This document shows, one piece after another, positions 56,941 through 64,000 of a DNA stretch of 64,000 bases; positions within the stretch are counted from its first letter, which is position 1, and each line of letters opens with the position of its first letter. The position numbers and the translations under genes were made by a program. The DNA is from a virus (Duplodnaviria > Caudoviricetes). The stretch is taken from IMG/VR virus record IMGVR_UViG_3300033072_000529; one strand, written 5' to 3'. Under the pieces are notes generated by a model. The model saw only the letters and a program-made list of their open reading frames with translations. It was not told where the DNA came from and searched no databases.

Positions 56941-58509
56941 ATGAATTATACATTAGATGATTTTATACAGGATGCAAAGGCAGTGGGCATTGGGATATAT
57001 AGAAACCCTAAAGGTGAAGTGAACATTATGCGTAGCAGTATAGGATTATTGGTGGATGTAACTGATGATAAATTGAATCCACACATAGCCGTAGAGGCAA
57101 GCACTATTCGATTGGGTTGTAGACTGGAAGAGATTAAAGAATCAATTAAAACTTTAGCTACAATTGGCAGAAATCAAGACTTTTGTATATATAAACTTAT
57201 CTGTGATGTGGATATCTATTGCGAAAATTGTAATCATATGTGGGATGGAAGTGTATTAAAAGCCCCATATACCACTAAGGATATATACCATCATGCTGAT
57301 AGAGTTTATAGTATACGTGGGGCATGGGCACCTAGAGCAAAGAAAATATTGTTTCGTAGAGTACCACATGATTATTATCAGACTGCGTATACCATTGAAA
57401 CCAATAAACTATTAGGTGATGGACAAATAAAAGTCCCGGATAGGGAAACGTTTAAATCTGTTGATTTCAGTATACATGTGTTTATCAGAGATATTAAACA
57501 TCCCAATAGCTATGTGGTAACTTTTGCCGATGGCAAGGGCTATACATCTTCGATAGAAGATTTGCCGGGGACTGCAATCGATCCAGAAGAATTAGTGTTC
57601 GAAAAACACTCACATGATAACCAATCATATATAGTTGTACACTATAAAGATAGCTATAATTATAGGGAGAATCTCACATCGTATAAGGAGTTGATCTATG
57701 AATATGAGGGAATTCCCATCATATATTATGATGACTATTGTCGGAATGTATTGGGAACTATTAAGTGTCACGAAGTTTTTCATAAGCAACCATTTTCTAC
57801 CTATAAGGGGATATGGAGTGATTCTGATATCGTATTAGATAAACCGCTTGAAAAACCTGTTTTCCCTCCTAATAAGCTAATAAGCGAAGCGGCGATGAAA
57901 ATGACTACCACACCTGTTATTCCGATAGAGGAAATCCTTGAAGAGAAGGGTAAAGTTGTAGAGAAGGGTAAAGTTGCAGATATTAAAAAAATTGACGGTA
58001 TAACACTGGATCGGCCTAATAATATTAAACATGTCGATGTTGGGAATATGCCTATTCATGAGGCGCAATCTTTATTAAGACCTCTTGTTCGGACAATGGC
58101 GGATATTCCGGTTAATATAGGAGGTTCCACGTTTATGGTTCCAACCGCCTGTAATTACCCATCAATATCTACCACATATATACCCAGCTTATCTGGTTGT
58201 TGGGTGAATAAGCCCACCGAATCAGTCAAAACAGAACAACAATATCAGGTTATATATGATATGTTGACCCGATTATATATACAAGATTTCCAAAATGGAT
58301 TGATAAGATATACTCCCAATATTTCGAAAGCCATGTCATTCGGTATGCCTAATGATAGGCCAGATATAAACATCACCATTGATGATATATCATCTGAAGT
58401 ATTAACCATACTTAAAGCCATACGGGCAGAGGACTATGTACGGCTACGACATATGCATTTAGTATTCACGAAGGTGGCAACCGTGACCACAGTGGAATAT
58501 ATTACTTGA
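56941..58509 (+). CDS. Hypothetical protein
   Basis: 522-aa ORF with no recognised motif apart from CENC. Confidence 0.6.
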   Translation: MNYTLDDFIQDAKAVGIGIYRNPKGEVNIMRSSIGLLVDVTDDKLNPHIAVEASTIRLGCRLEEIKESIKTLATIGRNQDFCIYKLICDVDIYCENCNHMWDGSVLKAPYTTKDIYHHADRVYSIRGAWAPRAKKILFRRVPHDYYQTAYTIETNKLLGDGQIKVPDRETFKSVDFSIHVFIRDIKHPNSYVVTFADGKGYTSSIEDLPGTAIDPEELVFEKHSHDNQSYIVVHYKDSYNYRENLTSYKELIYEYEGIPIIYYDDYCRNVLGTIKCHEVFHKQPFSTYKGIWSDSDIVLDKPLEKPVFPPNKLISEAAMKMTTTPVIPIEEILEEKGKVVEKGKVADIKKIDGITLDRPNNIKHVDVGNMPIHEAQSLLRPLVRTMADIPVNIGGSTFMVPTACNYPSISTTYIPSLSGCWVNKPTESVKTEQQYQVIYDMLTRLYIQDFQNGLIRYTPNISKAMSFGMPNDRPDINITIDDISSEVLTILKAIRAEDYVRLRHMHLVFTKVATVTTVEYIT

Positions 58510-58541
58510 TATGAGATATACAGGGCACTAGATATAGTATA

Positions 58542-59330
58542 ATGATTAAAAGCGTACAAGTAACAACGGGGTTCATGACTCAATCACCAAATATAGCCGG
58601 GCGTAAATTCGAATTTACGCCCGGTTTAAATATTATATTCGGTGAAAATGGTTCCATGAAGACTTCTTTATTGAAGACTATGGCAGCATATTGCGGTATT
58701 GAGCGGGGAGGATGGAGTAACATATCTGAACCGGGAAAACTAGCTGCTAATAATGTTGGACATTTTCCGTATGTTTGGCGTAAATATGCCCCTGGTAAAT
58801 CGGATGCAACAGTGGAATGGGATGGAACACCGACCTTTTATAATGATTCGGATACTGTTAATAAAAATGATACCTCATTTTTCTATTCCAGTGATTCTCA
58901 ATCTGCTGATGGCTTGACCTCCGAGGCAGAGCAAATGGACATATTGGCAGCTAGACCATCGTCTGGACAATTCCGAATACATAAGATCAATAAGATCATG
59001 CAAGCTATTCAGCACCCGCCTAATCTGCTAGTGGTGCCTCCTACTATACAAGATAAACATCGTGCATTGATGGAGGTCGAATATATCAAATCCTTACCTA
59101 GAAATGGTAAAATAACTCTATTGTTAGATGAACCAGAGAAAGCGCTGTTTTTACCTAAACAATTAGAGTTATTTAATGCTTTACAGCAATTGGCGAAGAA
59201 TTTCCAAGTTATTATTGTAACCCACTCTCCCTTTGTACTGTTTTTAAAGGATGTTAATCTTATAGATTTAACACCTGGGTCGTCTAAACTATGTAGAGAC
59301 TTAATTAAAAAGCAAGTTAAGGGGAAGTAA
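58542..59330 (+). CDS. Stand-alone ABC-type ATPase
   Basis: GLNIIFGENGSMKT, SSGQ signature, LLLDEPE, IIVTHSP. Confidence 0.8.
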   Translation: MIKSVQVTTGFMTQSPNIAGRKFEFTPGLNIIFGENGSMKTSLLKTMAAYCGIERGGWSNISEPGKLAANNVGHFPYVWRKYAPGKSDATVEWDGTPTFYNDSDTVNKNDTSFFYSSDSQSADGLTSEAEQMDILAARPSSGQFRIHKINKIMQAIQHPPNLLVVPPTIQDKHRALMEVEYIKSLPRNGKITLLLDEPEKALFLPKQLELFNALQQLAKNFQVIIVTHSPFVLFLKDVNLIDLTPGSSKLCRDLIKKQVKGK

Positions 59331-59838
59331 GATTATACTTGGCTCGCAACGATGTATACCAATCGGGTGTCGGACCATGATTCCACACGGCAAAGGGCTT
59401 GTCGAATATATAATACAAGCGATATTTGTCGATGACGGATGCATCATCGAATTCTGGTAGTTCCACACATTTTTTATCATCTGCAATAGCAGCCACAAAG
59501 GGTTGCAATTCGGTATTACGGAAAAATAATAAATGCTTGTTGAAATCCACCCATGTTAAAATGGCATTACATTTGTGATATTTTTTATAACGCCTAGCAT
59601 ATTCCTGAGAAATGGCATGTGTATGCGTCAATAACCAGTCGAAATTTGCTTGTGATTGTCTTGCCCATATGGCACACGGATGATTCCTGTGTGTTAGTTT
59701 ATATGGAGCAGGAATGTTTTGTAGATGGAACACACTGCACAATAATTGGCAGGATTCCAGGTACATTTTGACACAATGTTTGTCACACAGATATTGTGCG
59801 GATAAAACAGGATCAGAGTCGGTGCAGAAGATATTCAT
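59317..59838 (-). CDS. Pyrimidine-dimer DNA glycosylase (DenV-family-like)
   Basis: MNIF..D.DP...AQYLCDKHCVKMYLESCQLL, YKLTHRNHPCAIWAR, YRLYY; TTGACA promoter upstream. Confidence 0.8.
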   Translation of the reverse strand: MNIFCTDSDPVLSAQYLCDKHCVKMYLESCQLLCSVFHLQNIPAPYKLTHRNHPCAIWARQSQANFDWLLTHTHAISQEYARRYKKYHKCNAILTWVDFNKHLLFFRNTELQPFVAAIADDKKCVELPEFDDASVIDKYRLYYIFDKPFAVWNHGPTPDWYTSLRAKYNLTSP

Positions 59839-59886
59839 GTGATATATTAACACATGATTGCGAAGTGTCAACGGGTAAGTATGTAC

Positions 59887-60489
59887 ATGACAGGTGAAGA
59901 ATTCATTGGTAAATGTATATTACAAATGCTGGCAGATGGAATCACTGTTCAATTTAATAAACGAAAAAACAATAGTAAATATGCATTTAATTTTTTCGAT
60001 ATAGATAAAGAAGCAAAAAATAGACTAGTTATAAACTATTTCTATAATCCACAAGAGGGCGATGCATATATATTAGAGACCTTTATTCATGAATATTGTC
60101 ATTATAGGCAGTGGAAGAGTAACCCTGTGAAATGGGATATATTCGACTATCATTATAATTTATTAGATGATTGGCTATGTCACCGTTCTGAGGTTGTGCC
60201 AGAGGAATCCATACGATATATACAAAAAATGGAATCCGACTGTGATAGAAGAGTCGTGAGATTGGTTAAAAAATATCAATTACCTATAAATTTAGAAACA
60301 TATATTAAACAGTCTAATGCATATATACTATCTTATAATATGGTTTTGAAACAGCGCAAATTTTTCAACTTTGCAGCCTATAACCACGAAGATATATTGA
60401 AAAATATAGAACCTAAATGTTATAGTATGCGACAATTAATGGTATTGCCCGTTGGATATGAGGAAGCATTTGTGAAAAATTCTTGGTAG
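59887..60489 (+). CDS. HExxH metallopeptidase-like protein
   Basis: FIHEYCHYRQW...MESDCDRR; TAAGTA 5 nt before the ATG. Confidence 0.6.
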   Translation: MTGEEFIGKCILQMLADGITVQFNKRKNNSKYAFNFFDIDKEAKNRLVINYFYNPQEGDAYILETFIHEYCHYRQWKSNPVKWDIFDYHYNLLDDWLCHRSEVVPEESIRYIQKMESDCDRRVVRLVKKYQLPINLETYIKQSNAYILSYNMVLKQRKFFNFAAYNHEDILKNIEPKCYSMRQLMVLPVGYEEAFVKNSW

Positions 60490-60492
60490 ATA

Positions 60493-60720
60493 TTAATCCA
60501 ACAAGTCTCGGACTTTAGATATTTTTGGCAGGTCTTCCGCATTTTTCAGTGCGCGTTTATGTGCGCGTTCCACTTCTGCATCAGATAATAGTAGAGGAAT
60601 CTCTTGGCCTGACTCTAGTTCCACTCTTATATAGTTATAGTGGTCATTAGCTGCCCAATGAGGATTAGTATTCGGCACCCGTTGTAAATCACCCAAACGT
60701 TTTGCTGATATTGTAGACAT
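60493..60720 (-). CDS. Hypothetical protein
   Basis: 75-aa ORF. Confidence 0.55.
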   Translation of the reverse strand: MSTISAKRLGDLQRVPNTNPHWAANDHYNYIRVELESGQEIPLLLSDAEVERAHKRALKNAEDLPKISKVRDLLD

Positions 60721-60730
60721 ATACCTATAT

Positions 60731-61228
60731 TTATATCTTTTTTGATATAGATTTAAATAAATCTGATAAGCTGTATTGGTTTAGGAACTTTTTCAGGGCT
60801 CTTAGATCAGCAGGCTTAGCCTGTAGACACGCCAATTCATCTAATATTTCACCATCTAATAGGGCTATACTTTCAGGTGTGGAAGGAACAGGTGTGGAAG
60901 GAGACAATATAATCAATCTATTAGTGGTCTTTTTTATAGATCGAGCTAATTTATCGAATAGTTTATTTAAAATGATAGTTTTATCACCGTTTATATGTTC
61001 CGTAAAATAGGTATATAATTCTCGATTGGTATCTATACCATTATGATATATTACGACAGATGTATCGCTTAATATCACATTAGTCTCTCTAATCATATAG
61101 TATATTATAAGTTTCTTCACATCGGGTGTGATCTTAGTCAAAAGATTATATGATAGAAGTATATTGATTAGTGGTACTTCTATAGTACCTAATATGGAAT
61201 CCAGCGATATAAAAGATGTATCTCTCAT
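60731..61228 (-). CDS. Hypothetical protein
   Basis: 165 aa; ATGA overlap with the GIY-YIG gene. Confidence 0.55.
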   Translation of the reverse strand: MRDTSFISLDSILGTIEVPLINILLSYNLLTKITPDVKKLIIYYMIRETNVILSDTSVVIYHNGIDTNRELYTYFTEHINGDKTIILNKLFDKLARSIKKTTNRLIILSPSTPVPSTPESIALLDGEILDELACLQAKPADLRALKKFLNQYSLSDLFKSISKKI

Positions 61229-61710
61229 GGTATTTCAGGTATAGGGTCGGGAGACTGCGCAGGTACGCCCTTGGACATATTTACCATATGGGCTCTATAC
61301 GACGCAGGTGCCTTGCCTATACGAACATTAACTATACCATTAAAAGATCGCGGATCAAGTAATACACCATATTTTAACTGCCATTGTAATTCAGCATATG
61401 CAGCATGCCATTTACTAGTGGTCATTTCCAATACTTGTCTACTAAAATGTTCAATCCCCCATTTTGCTATTTCTTCCTGTAGTTCTTTAGATGAACCCCA
61501 ATATCTTTGGACATTATTATCTACGAAATCTATACGGTTTCGAGTTTTACCTTTCAGGGGTTTCCTCTTTATACGTTTCAGTAGCTGCTTCTTTCCTATA
61601 TAATATTGTTTAGCATCTGCGGGTAGATCAGGATGATTATTTTTGATTATATATATAAATCCGAAATATGGGGATGTGTCGTCAGGAAGGTTTAACCAAG
61701 GAGGCATCAT
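61225..61710 (-). CDS. GIY-YIG endonuclease
   Basis: FGFIYII...YYIGKK...YWGSS...FSRQVL...E...FNGIV. Confidence 0.85.
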   Translation of the reverse strand: MMPPWLNLPDDTSPYFGFIYIIKNNHPDLPADAKQYYIGKKQLLKRIKRKPLKGKTRNRIDFVDNNVQRYWGSSKELQEEIAKWGIEHFSRQVLEMTTSKWHAAYAELQWQLKYGVLLDPRSFNGIVNVRIGKAPASYRAHMVNMSKGVPAQSPDPIPEIP

Positions 61711-61716
61711 ATGGTG

Positions 61717-61869
61717 TTATTTATGACGCTTTTTTGGTTTTTTGAGTATTCTTTTCTGTGTTGGTATCAATATTTTAGGTATTCTAGCATCTCCAGTGGC
61801 ATATGAATCCGTATTGTTGTTTATGGATGCCTCTAATTCCTCTATTAATTTGGTAAATCTACTTGACAC
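61717..61869 (-). CDS. 50-aa basic late protein with tag SRFTKLIEELE (GTG start)
   Basis: TAAATA-TGATA-GTG spacing identical to other late genes. Confidence 0.55.
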   Translation of the reverse strand: MSSRFTKLIEELEASINNNTDSYATGDARIPKILIPTQKRILKKPKKRHK

Positions 61870-61882
61870 TATCATATTTATC

Positions 61883-61911
61883 TTGCATCGAGAGATCGTA
61901 TAGATTATGAT
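61883..61911 (+). promoter_or_regulatory. Sigma70-like promoter for uvsY-uvsW
   Basis: TTGCAT-N17-TATGAT. Confidence 0.6.
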
Positions 61912-61922
61912 ATACAACATAT

Positions 61923-62324
61923 ATGGAACCGTTAGCCTTGTTAGAGCAATATGCAAAAGAAGTAGAGATCGATACATCAATAGACGCAACTAATGTTATG
62001 GATAAGCAGATGTCTGCCCCTAATGTTAAGCATAAATGGTTATATCGATTGATGCAAGCTCGTATGCAGCTTTTAAAATATACGGAAGAAAAAGAAGCAA
62101 TTCTACAAGCAGCTATTGAACATAATCCCGCTAGGCTTAAAATTTCCAATGCTGCCATTAAAGCATCTGTGGAATCCAAGGACGAAGTAAAAGCCCTTAA
62201 TACTAAGATTAATAGATACACCTTACTAGTTGATTATCTAGATGGTGTGGTTAATAAGATATACACTCAAATAGGTTTCGATTTCAAGAACTTAGTAGAG
62301 TTGATGAAGATGGAACAACTATAG
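61923..62324 (+). CDS. uvsY: Recombination mediator UvsY-like
   Basis: DTSID...PNVKHKW...DYLDGVV...GFDFKNLVE; directly upstream of uvsW. Confidence 0.8.
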   Translation: MEPLALLEQYAKEVEIDTSIDATNVMDKQMSAPNVKHKWLYRLMQARMQLLKYTEEKEAILQAAIEHNPARLKISNAAIKASVESKDEVKALNTKINRYTLLVDYLDGVVNKIYTQIGFDFKNLVELMKMEQL

Positions 62325-63763
62325 TGGCTAAGACCGAAACTATAACAGTGGATTTCGAGAAGAAAAGCGGACGAATTCATTGTTCACCCCATTTATTGAA
62401 GAGCATTCGACTGAAATTTTCTATTGAAAATCCAGTATATCAGGCTCGTAGATTTGAATCGCGTAAATATGTCATCACTCCCAGTGGAGCATTTGAGGTA
62501 GGGCTATGGGATGACATCAATAGATATCTATTAAGTCTACAAATACCTCTCAATATAGTACTGACTGATGCGTTCAAAGCGCAACATCGTCCACCAATGG
62601 AGAAGATGGAAATTCAACATATAGACGGATTTGATTACTACGATTATCAAGAAATCACTATAAAAGAGTTCATTCAAAATGGTAGAGGCATTTCTATATT
62701 AGCTACTGGCGCAGGAAAGGCCCTGTGTATAGCAGGTTTATGTAAAACCCTTCTATACTATAAACCAAATAGCAGAATATTGATTATCGTACCTAATGTG
62801 GGGTTGTTGAATCAATTATGGGACTCATTTAACACTGAGTTTAATATGGGTCAATATGTTGAGCGATGGGGCGACAATAATCTCCCTAGTTGGAAGAGTA
62901 ACATTTTGATAGCAAATACTCAGATATTGGTGTCGGATATAAATTTCACATTGTCGAAAGTATACAAGTATGATGCTGTTGTAGTGGATGAAGTTCACAG
63001 ATTGGGAGAGAAGAAGAATCAAATAAACAAAGTGATTCATAACATGGTAACACCCCATAGATTTGGTTTGACTGGCACCCTACCCAATAATCTACTAGCA
63101 GCATGGAATGCTATTGGTAAGATTGGCCGAATTTTATATGAAAAAAGCTCATATGATATTAGACAACAGGGTAATATATCACAGGTTTTAGCACAAGTTG
63201 TATACTGTGTTCATTCCAGTAAACCTGCCAAACCTGATCCTGATGATGTTCGTCCCAATGCTGCATACGAGATGGAAGTGGACCACATAATGTCTCATCC
63301 TGCCAGGAATAAGATCATATGTAAAGTGATACGCAATCTCACAGGGAATGTATTGGTGCTGGTAGATAGAATTGCATATGGCCAACGACTATATGATCTA
63401 CTAAATGATGGCAGCAAGCAAGTATTCTTTATCAGTGGGGACACTGATACTACGGAGCGAACTCGTATACAAAAACTTATGGAATCCCATGACGATGTTG
63501 TATGTGTAGCAATGACAACCATATTCTCCACGGGTATATCTATAAAGAATTTACATTCTGCTATATTCACATATATAGGAAAAAGTAATGTCAAGATAGT
63601 ACAATCTATAGGGAGAACATTACGCAAGCATGCTTCAAAAGATAGAGCAATTATAATAGATGTAGCAGACTCACTGAGATATTCCAGAAAACATTTGAAG
63701 GAAAGAATTAAGTTATATGATGAACAACAGATATCATATAAGATGAAGACAGTTAATATATAA
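62324..63763 (+). CDS. uvsW: UvsW RNA-DNA/DNA-DNA helicase
   Basis: YDYQ, ATGAGK, IIVPN, VVDEVH, RFGLTGT, RN..I, FSTGISIKNLH, QSIGR.LR, IIDVAD. Confidence 0.93.
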   Translation: MAKTETITVDFEKKSGRIHCSPHLLKSIRLKFSIENPVYQARRFESRKYVITPSGAFEVGLWDDINRYLLSLQIPLNIVLTDAFKAQHRPPMEKMEIQHIDGFDYYDYQEITIKEFIQNGRGISILATGAGKALCIAGLCKTLLYYKPNSRILIIVPNVGLLNQLWDSFNTEFNMGQYVERWGDNNLPSWKSNILIANTQILVSDINFTLSKVYKYDAVVVDEVHRLGEKKNQINKVIHNMVTPHRFGLTGTLPNNLLAAWNAIGKIGRILYEKSSYDIRQQGNISQVLAQVVYCVHSSKPAKPDPDDVRPNAAYEMEVDHIMSHPARNKIICKVIRNLTGNVLVLVDRIAYGQRLYDLLNDGSKQVFFISGDTDTTERTRIQKLMESHDDVVCVAMTTIFSTGISIKNLHSAIFTYIGKSNVKIVQSIGRTLRKHASKDRAIIIDVADSLRYSRKHLKERIKLYDEQQISYKMKTVNI

Positions 63764-63764
63764 T

Positions 63765-64000
63765 ATGGACGACGACTTAGAATATGAAGATATAGATGAC
63801 ACCATTATCAATACACCGATGGATGATTTAGATGATCCAGTTATGGAGGCAATAGCCCCATTACCACGTAGAGGACGTAGACGCAAGGATGATACCACTC
63901 CTAGAGAAACAACAGACTATGTTGATAAAGATAAATTCTGGGATAACATAAAGACCTATTACGATTCTTTAGGGGATGCATATAATTGGACTACTCAGAA
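63765..64000 (+). CDS. 55: Probable late-transcription sigma factor gp55 (N-terminal part, truncated by window)
   Basis: Translated by hand: MDDDLEYED...RRGRRRK...DYVDKDKFWDNIKTYY, resembling gp55 YVNNKEF; position after uvsW matches T4-like synteny. Confidence 0.55.
   Translation, partial: MDDDLEYEDIDDTIINTPMDDLDDPVMEAIAPLPRRGRRRKDDTTPRETTDYVDKDKFWDNIKTYYDSLGDAYNWTTQ

Noticed and set aside
60884-60902. Short direct repeat CAGGTGTGGAAGGA
   Set aside because: Two-copy in-frame micro-duplication encoding PSTP-V-PSTP; no evidence of function.
1-64000. CRISPR arrays, tRNA and rRNA genes
   Set aside because: No regularly spaced repeat-spacer units or cloverleaf/T-loop signatures were seen by eye; a tRNAscan/Infernal run would be needed to exclude divergent ones.
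1-64000. Stop-codon reassignment
   Set aside because: Core genes are full length in the standard code, and TAA, TAG and TGA all terminate conserved genes at expected positions.

Overview
The window is 64 kb of an AT-rich, large T4-superfamily (T4-like myovirus) phage genome. About 1-38.7 kb is the virion morphogenesis region: portal gp20 (partial), gp13, gp14, gp15, gp21, gp22, gp23, gp16, intein-containing gp17, sheath gp18, gp3, gp54-like, two gp26-like proteins, tape measure and a tail fibre. Ligase, primase, clamp-loader small subunit and a GroES-like protein are interspersed. Gene order is scrambled relative to T4, and most late genes have their own TAAATA/TAAGTA late promoter 5-9 nt before the start codon. 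A GC-rich 3.5-kb IS1595-family element (38767-42296, 8-bp target duplication CTTCTGAT) carries a BcgI-like fused restriction-modification gene. A minus-strand accessory cluster follows (kinase, two vWA proteins, 2OG oxygenase, thioredoxin, phosphoesterase, SLOG). Next is a structured non-coding switch region with a 109-nt hairpin (candidate origin or ncRNA), then RNase H, dUTPase, intein-containing Dda, UvsY, UvsW and the start of a probable gp55. The most interesting signals are: a shared N-terminal capsid-targeting-like tag on 8-9 unrelated late proteins; the IS-borne RM system; the hairpin/origin region; a Cys-rich virion with large domain insertions; and a late membrane-anchored PAS protein. 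All calls come from motif recognition by eye; no database searches were run.
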